Assembly: GCF_009914755.1 (NCBI RefSeq)
Contig: NC_060927.1
Direction: 5' to 3' (one strand)
DNA length: 64,000 bases
Origin: the human T2T-CHM13v2.0 reference genome, Homo sapiens
In this document: piece by piece, positions 26,401 to 39,679 of the stretch
How the letters are laid out: every line of letters begins with the position of its first letter
How positions within the stretch are numbered: position 1 is the first letter of the stretch
Position numbers and translations under genes: made by a program
Notes under the pieces: generated by a model
Database searches by the model: none
Told to the model about the DNA's origin: nothing
The model's input: only the letters and a program-made list of their open reading frames with translations

Positions 26401-27759
26401 TGACATCAGTCCATGGTCCTTAAGCCTCATGCTGTAATCTATTTGTCTTCTAATTGTATTTGTATTTTATCAAATACATAAACATTCCTAATTAACTTAG
26501 CAAAATAATTACCTTCAGTTTGTGTGACTTAAACCTTATGCTTCCCAAGTGAAGGCATTGCTTCTTAAATGTTTCCCCCAAAACAATTTAACTTAAGGAA
26601 GTGAGCAAATTCTATTATTAAGAAATACAGATTGCAGATGACAGCTATAATGTAATCCAAGCAGATCAGAGGTCTCAAAGCCATGAAACTTGGTTATATT
26701 AATAGGAAAGCAAACTGCATTTTCCCTTGTATTAGGATGAGTCTTTATTCTAATTAGGGGAAGTTATCTAAAATCCACATATTTGTTTCCTTTATCTATT
26801 TCTTCTATACAAACCTTCTGTGAAAAGCAACAAAGTGGCAGCACAATTCTCTAGCATTTTTACTCCTGTAGGTTTTGATTAACTGTAATTAAGTAAAGGC
26901 AATTATTCAAAGGGAAATAAATTTTCTCATTGTTAACTCTATTAAACAAGAAGTCATTTGCTGCTGAGTGTGGTGGATGTAAAGAGACTTAATTACCCCT
27001 TTTTCTTTTATCCTTTTTCCTAAAGGAATAAAAGAAGCTTCATATTATTTTCTGAGTCTTGACTCTAGTACACATCTGCCTCCCTTGAGCTGAAGGTTCA
27101 CAATTTTTTGTTGTAATCCTTTGCGTCTGGAGATACGCCTGTGAACTAGGGGTACAATAATAGCCTGGGTTTTCTACCTGTGAGCCATGGTAGGCAGATC
27201 CAGAAATAAGAGCTAATAGTTTATCTGGAAAAACACCTTTGGGAAATTTCAGGTAATCACAAACCACTGTGCAAAACAAAATTAATGCATATTTGGTTAG
27301 ACTAATGCAGATGTATCTAACTGCATTTAGGCAATTCTGCACATATTAAAATTATTTCACTTCCCAGAAGGAAAGTAAATTTAGGGATGGAGAGTATTTG
27401 GGTTGCAAATGGAAAAACTAGATAAAATCACTTTTTATAAAAAGGTTGAGAAAAAAGAATAAATAGGCTTCTATGTTCAGGAGGAAAGTTTGAGAAGTGG
27501 GGGAGACAAAGTTTGTGTTGCTGTGAGAGACTTCTTGTCAGATACCGTGCTTGAATTTCCTTGAAATCTGCACATGTAGTCAAATCTACTGTTCTTAATA
27601 ATGTATACAAATACATCCAGCATTTACAAGATACATCATTAAGAATGCAGTAAATAAATGCAACACTTTCAGCCTCAATATGATATAGGGTCAAGAAGAT
27701 AAGGGAAGACTATAGAATTGAGTTGAAACATGAAAGATGGATAAACCTTCTAAGAAAGC

Positions 27760-27931
27760 ACCTTAAAACTGGCTGCACAGTGGAGTTATTTAACTGATTA
27801 AAAAATCCAATGACTGCAAAGGGTCCCATTGCCAGAAATAATGGTTTGATTAATTCGGGATGGAACCTGAGAATCAGTATTTTTTAAAGGTCCCAGATGA
27901 TTCTAATGTGTAGTCTAGCTTGAGAATCACT
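27760..27931. mobile_element. MER5B-like hAT-Charlie element
   Basis: AACTGGCTGCACA..TTTTTAAAGGTCCCAGATGATTCTAATGTGTAG..TTGAGAATCACT. Confidence 0.75.
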
Positions 27932-28259
27932 TATATCAGAGATGGTTATCACTAACTATAAACTATTGGTAAAACAAATCAAACATACTTTGTATGTGTA
28001 TTGAGTGTATTGCTAAAGCTTTCTGGATGTAGAAGGGCTACACAGACATTTTATTCTCATGAATGAAAATGGCTAGCATGTTTGAAAATGAATTAGACAA
28101 AGAGTTATTATTTTGTTTTTAATTTCTACTATATAGTAGTCTTAAAAATTAAACCTGTGATGTTAGTATTTGTAGTATTTGTATTTTAGAAATAAAAGGT
28201 GAAATATAGAGGACAGAGATAAGACAAAGAACCTACCTAATTTCCAGAGTTTCAAACCT

Positions 28260-28338
28260 ATAACTTGGTGCAAAAGTAATTGCGGTCTTTGCCATTGAAA
28301 GTAATAGCAATACTGTAATCACTTTTGCACCAGCCTAA
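28260..28338. mobile_element. MADE1 (Hsmar1-derived 80-bp MITE)
   Basis: TTGGTGCAAAAGTAATTGCGGTCTTTGCCATT..ACTTTTGCACCAGCCTAA followed by TA; near-palindromic. Confidence 0.95.
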
Positions 28339-29309
28339 TAGAAGATGGTTTGGGATTCAAACCCTATCTCCCTGATGCTTACGGACAGTCTTTCAGGGTT
28401 TCCTATAGGGTTATGCTCCTGCCCCTGGCAGGTGCTCATTGGCTTACTATCCTTTTCTCAAAATAACAGTATTTTTCTAGAGAGAAAAGAAATAAAAGTC
28501 AAGAGAAAAATGGAAAGAGTAACAAGCTTGGGAAGAATGTTAATACTATTATATTTGTACGTTATATGTTTCACATTTCCGCAGCATATTTTCTTCATTG
28601 TTGCTAAGGGAAAGAGAGCAACTGCAATCTTCTATGATGCCAGGAATAGGCTTCATAGATGAAAAGCACGTTTATGAGAAACTTTAAGATAAACTGAATT
28701 TAAGGCCTCTTCCATGTGAGTTCTCTTACTTAACATCTTAGCTCCTCAACTTAAATAGAAGGCACATAAATTACTGATGTTCCCACACACTGACTAAAAG
28801 CTGGATAGGATTTGGGTTTGAGTATCAGAAGAATTGAGTTCCCTTCTGCCTCGCAATCTGAATCCAGTTCATTCAAACCATGCTTTACAAGAATGAGTTT
28901 CTTATTCTTATAAAAATATTTGCAATGAAAATTAATTAGTTTACAACCATATTTAAAACCTTGAAAAATACTGTTTTTGCATGATATCATTATTAATTAT
29001 TGTATTGCAGCACCCAGCGTGATACCATGCTTATGCAGATACTTTACAAATATTACTTGATGGTTTGATGATTTTGTATGATTAAAAAACACACAAAAAG
29101 TTGGCTTTCATTACATGGAATTTAAGGACATATAAGAGTTTGCAAGTAAAAGGTATATATTCTTGCCATTTTTAATTGCTTAACTTTTATAAAACATAGT
29201 TTATGCTCTTTTCTAAGCTTTTTAATACTATGCAGAATCGACAGACAAGCTTAAATTACAGTCATATTCAATTACTAGCAGAATATACAATAAGAATACT
29301 CATAACATC

Positions 29310-29500
29310 ATAATTGCTAAAACTTATTGATAACATAGTATGTTAGTCACTATACTAATTGCATAGATTCTCTTAAATGCTACAACTACGAATGAGTAGG
29401 TAGTAGTATCATTTATACTTTCCCAATGCGGAAAAGGAACCTTAAAGGCATATTTAAGGTCACAAATCTAATTAAGTAGCAGAGCTTGAACTCAAACTCA
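29310..29500 (-). mobile_element. MIR SINE
   Basis: AAGGTCACAAATCTAATTAAGTAGCAGAGCTTGAACTCAAAC. Confidence 0.65.
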
Positions 29501-30089
29501 AAGTTAATCTAGGGGGGTTGAATTTAAGGGAGTTATCATTAAATACATCAATACAAAAAAAATTCCAATATTCTCTCTCTAAGGTTGCATAACTCCCTGT
29601 GGCTTCCATAGGCTATTTGGAAACAAATGTGAATATACATGGTTTCTTTCTGTCTATTCTTTGGCTAGTTAGAGGTTTCAGCAGTTCTTACCTGCTTATA
29701 CAAAAGGCAGACAGATACAATTACAAGGGCGGTTTGAAATAAGTCCAGAATCTTCCTACCCACTGACCATGCAGAATCCAAACCCTTAATATGCATAATG
29801 AAGGCATTACTTCACTTTACTTTGTAATTTCTCCTAAAACGCACACAAACCATTACCTCATTCAAAATGGCTTGGATTGAAATAGCTGATTTAAACTGAT
29901 GTTTAAATCTTAGAACGAAGCCAGGCTGCTGTCTGTGTAAGAGGCTGCACTGCCTTATTACTGTTTTATTTTGATTATATCAGCAAGTGAGAATCAATAG
30001 GTCAGACAGGACCTGTGAATTGATGTTTATTCATATGCATGCCTTCCAGCTGAATGTGATTAGAAATGATAGTGTCATTATGTAAGTGC

Positions 30090-30300
30090 TAATAGTACCT
30101 AAAATGTTTGAATGCTCACTACGTACTGAGCACTAGTGTACATGCTCTACATGGATTACTTCAAAACAACCCTATGGGCAGGGACGGTTATTGACCCCAT
30201 TTTACAGGTGAGGTTAATATCACTTTGCCCAAGGGTCGGCACCTAGCAATTGGCAGTGCCATGCAGGCATTTTTACTTCAGAGTTAGCTCTAAACATCTA
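30090..30300 (-). mobile_element. MIR SINE
   Basis: AACAACCCTATG..CCCCATTTTACAGGTGAGG..TTGCCCAAGG. Confidence 0.75.
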
Positions 30301-30354
30301 AATAGTCTTGGCATGAAATTCTATTATTATTGGAGGTCAAAGGGCATGACTACA

Positions 30355-30572
30355 TTGTAAGCAGTACAATGGAATTGTTTTGGAACCTGAAGTCTCAGCT
30401 TCAATTTCTAGTGCACCATTTATCAATCAGTGTCCTTGGGCTAATTACCTCATTTGCTAGTGGAAGATAATAGCATTACCTACCTCACAGGTTGGTATGA
30501 GGTGGATAAATTAATTCATATGAAACATTTTAGCATAATGACTAAAAAATAATAAGTACTCAGTTATTATTA
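30355..30572 (+). mobile_element. MIR SINE
   Basis: GTCCTTGGGCTAATTAC..GATAATAGCATTACCTACCTCACAGGTTGG..TAATAAGTACTCA. Confidence 0.7.
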
Positions 30573-30977
30573 TGTGAGTTACCTAACTGGCTCCATGAGT
30601 TGATTCAGGCTCTAAAAATAGGCAACAGATGCATTAGGCAGCTTTGATTGCTTTCTGTAACTTGACATAGCAGCTTTACGTTACTCAATGATTTAGTACA
30701 ATTTAACATTTGTAGAGCTCCTTTCTCACAAAGATAATTGATCTCACCAATCATCAGCCAACTTGTGAACTGGCTCAGAATGAGAAAACCCATAAATTTC
30801 AGATGCAGAAACAGGCAAGCAGTGAAAATTCTTGCCTCAGGACACACTTGAATTCAAGGAGATTTGAGGATTAGCACCAAGGCATGTTATCTAACCAGAG
30901 AAAACACATCTCTTCTGAAAGTTCCTGATAGCCTGAGGACTCAAGGAATCAGACACCCAATGACTCCAGAGAGAAGG

Positions 30978-31019
30978 AAATGACACCTGAGAAAGAAAAT
31001 GACACCTGAGAAAGAAAAT
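30978..31019. repeat. Perfect 19-bp tandem duplication
   Basis: AAATGACACCTGAGAAAGA x2 plus AAAT. Confidence 0.95.
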
Positions 31020-31795
31020 CTGGCTAGTCTTAGATCTTGACACAGACTCTTGTTTGATGCTGGATATGTTCCAACTACATTAAAGTTCTCTACACTAGAC
31101 TTGCTCAATTGTCTTGGCAGACTCTGCCATAGATGAGACATCAAGTAATCCATGCTGAGTAGAGAGAAGAAAAACAGTAACTGTAACAGACTAGGTTTCA
31201 TTAACCCAAGGGTTCTAAGAAAAAAAAAAAACGTTGTAGAAAGCTTCCTTTTTGTGGCAATCTAACAAATTTTAGAAGAGAACTTTTTTATTAACTTATT
31301 TTTTGCCAACTGCATTATAATATGTAAGCTGACAGCTATATTTTTATAAAAATAAATTCGTATGTGCATTTTTATGGTACATGGGCTTCAATGGCAAGAT
31401 GCTTCATTAGGCTGCTAATCTTATCCATCTCACTGGGTCTAGCCTCCCTCCCATCTCCCACCTCCCCTAGATCTATACGCACCTCCTTCTTTACTCCCCC
31501 AACTAAAAACACTTGTTAATATCACTTCACTGGGAACTGAAACAATGAGTTCAGTTTCATGAGTTAGCTGAGATAAATGTGGTGGGAAAATTTTTCTTTC
31601 TAAGTAATTTAAAGATATAGATACATTCACATATATATTCTTTGATTTATTTTGAAAGAAGTTAGAAAATAGGAGATCATCAAATATATAAACTTAATAG
31701 TTCAGTTTTCACTTAAAAAGTTAAAAAAAAAAAAGAAAAAGCCATTTTGTAGTAATCAAGACATTTTTGAGGATAGGACTTGGGCAGAGAGAGTA

Positions 31796-32116
31796 CAGTG
31801 GTATTCTATAATCTGTGGTTTCTCTTTCTGTAGTTTCAGTTACCCATGGTTAGTTGCGGGTTTAAAAGTAGGTGAGTATATTACAAAAAGATATTTTCAG
31901 AAAGAGTGAGAGAAACCACATTCACATCACCCTTACTGCAGTATATTAATTGTTCCATTTTATGATTAGCTATTGTTATTCATCTCTGTGTCTAATTTAT
32001 AAAAGAAACTTTATCATAGGTATATATGGGTAGGAAAACACATAGTATATGTAGGGTTTAGTACTAACCATGGGTTTAGGCTCTCAGAACCTATCCTCCA
32101 TATAGGGGGATTACTG
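31796..32116. mobile_element. MER44A-like TcMar-Tigger non-autonomous DNA transposon
   Basis: TA|CAGT..TTTCAGTTACCCATGG..CCACATTCACAT..ACTTTATCATAGGTAT..GGGGGATTACTG. Confidence 0.85.
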
Positions 32117-32514
32117 CATGCTACATGCTTGGATGGGATTTCCAATCTCATTTTCTAGTTTAACTCTAACCTTTCTGTCGCATTAGGGTGGAATGTTCTT
32201 CTCTAAAACACATGAAGTAAATGAATGCTTGGTAAAGATGTTCATGTTTAATTATAACTGGAAGTCAGACCTGTCTTAGGCAACATAATGATCAAGGTGA
32301 AGTTCATCCCTGCTGGCTTCCCATCTACTTCTGCCAGAGCCACTTCTTCCTTCTGACCCTCCCTTTGTCTTCCTGCCATCCCTGATTCTTGTCAAGGGGA
32401 TAAAGTGTCGGGCAAAGCAAGCTTAAGGGTTTTGCCTTTCAAAGGAGATTTCTTCAAATTTAGAAAATGAAAACATTTTTCAGGAGGGGACCACTAAACC
32501 ATGAAACTATATAG

Positions 32515-32740
32515 CTTGGGCATCAGCAATTTAAGTTTGAAATAAAACAGTGTTTAAATTTCAGTTTTGACACTTCTGGGTTTTATAACCATGGGTAAAT
32601 GACTTCAATCTCTTTTGAATTCTTTGTCTGAAAAGAAATAGGAATAGCAATAGTAGCTATCTCTGTTGAGAGTTGAGAATACGGGGAAACTAGGTATGAT
32701 GCCTATTTAACCCATAACAAAACGTCAATAGTCAGTAAGG
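32515..32740 (+). mobile_element. MIR SINE
   Basis: ACCATGGGTAAATGACTTCAATCTCT..GGAATAGCAATAGTA. Confidence 0.6.
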
Positions 32741-33529
32741 CTGATAATTTGCAGAAAGAGTATCTGACTTGTACCCCTTTAAATAATAACATTTGGGACC
32801 ACAAAAGTCACTTGCTGGTGAGACTGCCCACCATACCAGTTATAGATTGTCATAACTTCAAGGAATCTTAGAGGTCAGCCACTTCAAGGTACTTAGAAAA
32901 AGGTACCTGGCTTATCAGCCAGATAAACCAATTTTTCCACGGCCACATAGGAGTTGAGAGATTGAGTCATGTCTCTAACAGGAACTTCTTACTGCAGTTC
33001 TAATTTTTTTCACTTGTAGTTCTAATTCTGTTCACTTCACTGAGAATTCTTGAGTGTATAGGGAGCTGATGATGACAACTTTCATTTTGAAGTAAAGTAT
33101 TCGTAATCCTTAAAATGTGTATTTTGCTTAAGATTTAATGTTAAGACTCAAATTCTCCATTTCATTTAAACATTTATTGGTTTGGTGTTCACTGAGCATC
33201 ATTTTTGTTAATTTCAAAATAGTATCATTCATGAGAAACAAAATAAGTTTATGAAATTACTCCCTTTTCTAAACCTAAATTTTGTTGAAGAGCAGAGATG
33301 AGGTCCAATTCTACAGACACAGACCCATACACACACCCTCCAACCCCCTACACACAATGTAACACATGAATATTCCAACTCTAGAAAGCATGCTGTTGCA
33401 AGTTGCTATTTGAGTTCAGGAAAGAAAGAAATTAATATATGTTTTTGTAGTTATTGTTTTCGTGCATTCTGAAGCACATTTTGAAGTCCAAATAAAAGAT
33501 ATCTGTTGAGTGGATCCAACCTTTAGAAA

Positions 33530-33860
33530 ATAGGTTCGCAAACTTTTTCTATAAAGGGGCAGTTATAAATATTTTAGGCTTTGTATAAGTCAAGAGACAA
33601 AATTTTAAAAATCATCTAGGTACTTACATAATTAGAGAAAATCAATTTTTATTATTTTTATTGGCAAAATTTAAAATATAATAAGGACACCATATTTTTG
33701 AAATACATTTTTATTACTGAGAAAAAAATGAATTATTTTATGAAGGATAACATTTTTTGTAACTGAGATTCAAAATAATATTTCTTATCCCCAAATTGAT
33801 TGTGAGCATTTATCTATTAAAAACCATTCTCAGCTCACAGACCCTTCAAAAACAGCCTGG
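33530..33860. mobile_element. MER58-family (C/D-like) hAT element
   Basis: GCAAACTTTTTCTATAAAGGGGCAG..AAATATTTTAGGCTTTG and AAAAACCATTCTCAGCTCACAG. Confidence 0.7.
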
Positions 33861-34304
33861 AGAAGAATGATAAAGCGATGAACCAAAGTTAGTTCACCAA
33901 GGGAAATGAATGTTATCAAGAAGATCAATGATTGACTCTGGAAAAAAATTCAGAAAAAGAAAATTTTTACAAAAAGAGAGGGCAAAGAAGACACAGAATT
34001 AACATATAATAAGATAGCTTCAATAAATTGCACACAAGAAATTCAAGGACTAAATTGCACTAAGTCACAGATTACAACATAATTTCTGAATCTTGCCTTT
34101 TATTATAGTTCCTTTCTTTTTAAAATATATATCCTTTATCACATTCAAATATTTTCCTTCAATCCAGGATTAAGAGTGATAAAGTTTCTGGAAGTGAATG
34201 TTGCAGAATCAAGCTGGAAAAAGAATGTCATCTTAGTTAATATTTGGGGCAGAGTGAATTATAAGAAAATACTACTGTCTTTGAACTTTATACGGAAGCT
34301 TGTG

Positions 34305-34844
34305 TGTGGAGAGGATGAAAATATGTAATTCCAAATTATGCCTGTTTGGCATAAGGATTATTCTGAGCTGAAGACAATTGAGAGAAAGAAGTTCTCTGCT
34401 CTGCTCCTATTTGTCTACCAGCAAAGCACAAATTCCCATTGTGATGGTGTCCCTTCTCCTTCCCCTGACCAGAAAAAGGAGAAAAACCGTTCTTACCACT
34501 GAGATTAGTCTGTGTAAACAAACCTTACTAAATAACTCCTATATACCATTAGTTTCCCTCATGTATTTTCCTTCCCATGGTTTATCACCCTTGGAAGCCT
34601 AAAACCATCTTAAAAAAAATCTAGTCACTTCTCTACACTCACCACCCTTTGTTAAAGATATAACTCCTCAAGTCTAATTGCTTCTTCAGGCTTTCACTTC
34701 TTTTCTCTGGAACTACATTGCATATGAAATTTAAAATAAAATGTCTATGACTCTTCTCCTGTTAATCTGTATTTTGCCAGTTTAATTCACAAGTTCCAGT
34801 TACTAAACCTAAGAAATTAGAGGGAAAACTTTTGCTCTCCTATA
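34305..34844 (+). mobile_element. MER34-family ERV1 solo LTR
   Basis: TTTGGCATAAGGATTATTCTGAGCTGAAG near the 5' end; AATAAA..TCTCCTGTTAATCTG..AAACCTAAG near the 3' end; approximate 4-bp TSD TGTG/TGTC. Confidence 0.82.
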
Positions 34845-35214
34845 TGTCCTTGCAAGTAATAAACAAAATATAGCAGATTCAAATATAATACCTATAGAAA
34901 CCTCTTTCACTATTGTAATTTGAGGACTGAGGGTAAGGGGCAATTGTTGCATGATTCAGGCCAAATCTTCAAGAGGTAACCACAGAACACCACAATTTTG
35001 CCATTTATTGAAAATTCTAGTCTCTTGGTTGTCTGCACTTTCCTTTCTTAGCTTTATTTTCTATATACTATTTTTTTGTTAATCTGAGCAACAAACATTT
35101 TTTATTTCCCCAACCCTGTAATTTTAAGAAAACTCTTTCTAACAAAAGCCTCATTAAGATAGGATGCCTCCAAACATCTACACATCATATTTTTCTTTCG
35201 GTAAAAATGTGTTG

Positions 35215-35400
35215 TGATGTGAACAGGACTTGAATTTTATTGCCAAGTAAAGCTGGCTGTGAATCCAGGATCCATCATGAATCTGTTGTGTGACTTTGGA
35301 CAAATTTTCCAATGCTTTTCCAATCTGAAAAAGAAAAGAAAATCTGATGTAAAGTCTTAATTCCCTAGGTTATTATAATTAAATAAGATAATGTGCATAA
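35215..35400 (+). mobile_element. MIR SINE
   Basis: GTGAATCCAGG..TGTGTGACTTTGGACAAATT..TAAATAAGATAATGTG. Confidence 0.65.
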
Positions 35401-35809
35401 TAAATGACATGTACATTTGTATATATACACACACGTATATAATAAATTTGTAAGGCAATTTTGAAAATGAGACTATGCCTTTTTATCTTTTAAAATGCAT
35501 ATAATGTGATATAAATTATAATATTTAAAAATATATATATTCAGAAATCAAATACTAAAAATGAAGTTGTCCTGATAGAGGACTATATCAGGCATTTGCC
35601 TAAGGATATTCTAAGAATTTATTTGTCCATTTACTCTATTACATTGGAAATGCTACAAGTCTAAGAACCTCTGCTTCAACCAGATTTTTTCCTCCTAAAA
35701 GGAAAACTGGTGATCTCAGGTGGCATGTATAAAGTTTTATATTAAAAGGAAATGTCATATATTCTCACTAGCTCTATTATTCCATTACACAATATCATTA
35801 TAGAATTGC

Positions 35810-36171
35810 TATCTTAGTCCAATTTGGCTGCTATAAAAATACCATAATTGGGAAACTTATAAATCACAGAAATGTATTTCTCTCAGTTCTGGAGACTTGG
35901 AAGTTTAAGATCAAGGCATAGGCAGATTCAGTGTCTGATGAGGGCCCTCTTTATGGTTCACAGATGATACCCTCTCACTATATCCTCACCTGGTAGAAGG
36001 GACAAAAGGTCTCTCCAGGGCATCTTTTATAACGGCACTGACCCCATTCCTGAGTGTTCTGCCTTCATGATATAATGGCCTCTCAAAGGCCCCACCTCCT
36101 AAAACCATCACATTGATTATTTGTTTTCAACATATAAATTTTGGGACAGCATAGACATTCAGACCATAGCA
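35810..36171 (-). mobile_element. MLT1A-like MaLR solo LTR
   Basis: TCTTAGTCC..GCTGCTATAAAAATACC..CAGTTCTGGAG..AAGATCAAGG..AAAGGCCCCACCTCCTAA..ACATTCAGACCATAGCA. Confidence 0.88.
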
Positions 36172-36847
36172 TTTAGTGAAAAAGGGAGAACAGTCACCCA
36201 GATGGTCATTCTTAACAGACCACCATTCTAATTTTTTATGTGGGTGCTGGTTTAAAAGGGAGTGGGTATATAGGAAACTCCATAGTAAATTTGAATACGC
36301 AATTCTGGTTTCCATTTTTTTTTTATTTCACAGCTGGTGCTGGCCTTACATAATCTTTATTGCTAAATAATTACTTTGCAAATTGAAAATAACATTGACC
36401 ACCTCCTAACGCCTTCAGAAATTTTTTGGATTATAGATATGGTGATAAAGATCAGAGATATTATATAAATTCTAAGTATCAACATTATAAAAGATGAAAT
36501 TTTATTCTCTCCTTTCAACCAGCTATTTTCTGCACTTTAAAAAATAGGTATATTTACATTGCTAACTACCAAGCAAACTCCTTTCCAATTCAGCATTTCT
36601 CGTTTCTTACTATTTCTTTGTTGGGTGTCTGTTCTTATTTCAATAAAACAATTAAACAAAGTTCCATTCCCTCTAGGCACTGATAAGATTTTGCCCAATT
36701 ACTGAGATATTTCTCTTTAAAACCTTAAATTCACTTACGTGGAGTGATTATTTTATGAGCTCTATTAAATCTAAAAGGACATCCTCATCCTAAGTGTCTA
36801 GTAGTATTAGCAAGGGTTGGCAAACTATTCAGGAGATAATTGACTCT

Positions 36848-36925
36848 ACAGTTTATTCTGTCCCAACAAATGTAGGTACACAACAAATGTGTGACAGTTT
36901 ATTCTGTCGTAACAATGTAGGTATG
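36848..36925. repeat. Imperfect tandem duplication (period ~46 bp)
   Basis: ACAGTTTATTCTGTC..AACAA(A)TGTAGGTA twice. Confidence 0.85.
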
Positions 36926-39679
36926 CATTGAAGGTGTAGGCTTGGTTGTGGCGGGAGTGAGGGATCTCTGTGCATTTCCTGGTTCCTTGAAAATAACTTG
37001 AAGTCATTAAGACAATATAAGAGGTACAACAGAGAGAAAAGTGTATTTCCTTTTTGATGCAGGGCTATGCATCTTAGAGCTCTTTGTACCCTGTGCTTTT
37101 GTTCCACTTTCCCCTTCTGTCCAAAATGCTCTCAGCTCATTTCCCCTCTTAGCCAAGATTGCTTGGCTAGAGCAAATAAAAGGGAAATCAGGAAAAACTG
37201 TAGAAAGCTTTCTCAGTCTTCTTCTACCTCCACCCCTGATTTTTGCTTCTGTCCTTCATGATTCTCTATCATGACAAGTATCTGTGCAATTGCATAATGA
37301 CTGCTTCATGTGAGTCCATAAAATCAGACATTCCTTTATTCAGCACATCGTTATTAAGTGCCTGCTATGTGAAGTAATCAGCAAAATCTGGACTTTCCAA
37401 CGATATTAACCATGTGTTTTCATAGGCACAAAAGACTACTGACCACTGTAAATGAGACCAGCACCTAGGGTTGATGTCCAGTGGTTAGGATTGACTGACA
37501 GTGTGGGGCCATCAACAATTTTTTGCCCCATCACCTCATGCATTCAGAATGGTTTGTTGACCACAGAGAAGTATCTGTTAAACTTTTCTCCCCATTGTGC
37601 AAAACTTAGTGACCCATGCAAATATCAAATCATCAATGCTTGATATAGGATCTAATCAATTGATACAACTAGCCCAGATACCTTTATATATTATATGTTA
37701 ATCTCTCTAATAATCTGAAGCACTCATCTTCCATTTAGACTGACTTATCTCCCATTCTCTTTTTCCTCTGCCTCTTCTCCTTATTAAATATATTTACATG
37801 AAAATAGAGTTTGGATCCCTTGTGATCTTAGCTTTGCTTTTGACAGAATTACTCTCTTGTGAAACAATAATACTCTCCTAATGAGTTGATATGATGTCAA
37901 AGACATTATCTAAAACAATTGAAATTCAACAAATGGAAAAATATTGATTTGAGGAAGTGCTCTGGAGAATTCCAGATGTTGGGTTCATAAATTGAGAAGT
38001 CATTTTATCTTTTCCAAAAATTCAATGCACTTGCTTTTCCATGTTATGCTATTTAGACTAAGGTAGTAGCAGCAAAACTTAAAAATCAAATGCTAAAATA
38101 AATATAGAATTGCTTAAGCACTGATTTCAAGCATGTCACAACACTTTTTTGCACTTCAGAGGCTGAGCTTAGCAAAATAATTGTGGTATGCATTACATTC
38201 TGTTATCATAATTTTACTCAGTTATTTTCATGGGGAAAATGGGAATTACTAAAAATCTACTTCGATGACTAATGTGCAGGCTTTCCCTGAATTATCACTC
38301 TTAAGCACATTTTCTTAGAAGCACATATTCCCCAACTATTGTAACATGAAAGGTAGACATTTAGTAGAAAAACAAGACAGGAAAAGAAATAATGCCTTAT
38401 TTTATTTATTCCACTGGAACAGGGAGCCATTTAAATATACGAATGTAAAGCATCTCTTCAGAGCCTGCTATTGGTAATTGTTTCTGTCTTTAAGTGATGG
38501 GCTATTTAAAGTGCAACAGTCATGCACTCACCAGTCTAACTTATATTGCAAGATATTATAAATATATTAGTCTCATAGAATACAAAATTTACAATCAAAA
38601 CCCCTTGAGGTTTTAGTGAAGAAAGAGAGAGAGGGGATGGTGACAACAGCCCAAGGTAAGGGTGCAAAATTACCTCCTGCAGTTGCTCTAATGGATTCAA
38701 GGCAGTAATTATGTAAAAGAGGGTGGGAAATACATTTGCTAATAGTGTAGTGGAAACAGAGCCCCTACATCTACAATCTCAATTACAAGGACAGGCACAG
38801 AAGTAGACAAGGACCTAAGAAATCAGTCTGAAAGATACTAAAATTTCCCTTTGATATAGGTACCCCAGAAATCCCTTGGCAGTGTTGGTGGGGGTGAGTA
38901 ACAACAACAACAAAACCGAAATTTGTAGATATTCTCAATACGGAAAAAGCAACTAGGAGGTTTTAGGTTGATGTTAGAAGCTTCTGAAACTGTAAATACT
39001 CCGAAACTATCTTTTGTTTTATGTTTTTATAGGTTGAAATAAAGACAAAGTAATAAAGAAGTAAAGACATCAAGCTAATTAAGAAAAGCAGAAATAGTTG
39101 CTTTGTTGCTACTTTTTTTTCTTTTCTTTTTTTTTTTTTTTTTTGTTTATAAGGCATAGACACTCATTCCTCATTTATAACAGGAAACATGATTTTATGG
39201 CAAAACCCACCAAGAACTGAGGAAACATAGATCCATTAGAAGTTGGGGAGATAAGGAAACTGTTCATTCTTCCCTAGCCTGTCTGCCATCAGCAACTTGG
39301 GAGTTCAGCATTTTCTGGTTTCAGGTCTCTGATGCCTCTGCTTCTCTTCTGTTTATCTTTAACTTTGTGTCTTTCTACTGTTTGGCTTCTGCTTTATCAT
39401 TACTGCTGTTGGGGCATGGCCTCTGCTGAGTCCCTCGCAGGTATCCGGCTCTCTTCAATTGTCTTTGTGCTATGACGGGACTCCACTGGAGAACATCAAT
39501 CAGATAAGGGTGGGCCGGTCTCATCTCACAATAGGACATCTCTATTCTATAGAGTTTCCCTGCCAAGAAAACTCATTGGACGCTTTGGTTCTGGCAATAA
39601 TTCCTGATCTAATCAGTTCTGACTGGGATGGCAGTGTGACATGGTACAGAGCACTGTTTCCTCAGAGTAAGGAAACTCT

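Noticed and set aside
31339-31354. 16-bp palindrome TATTTTTATAAAAATA
   Set aside because: A/T only; unremarkable at this base composition
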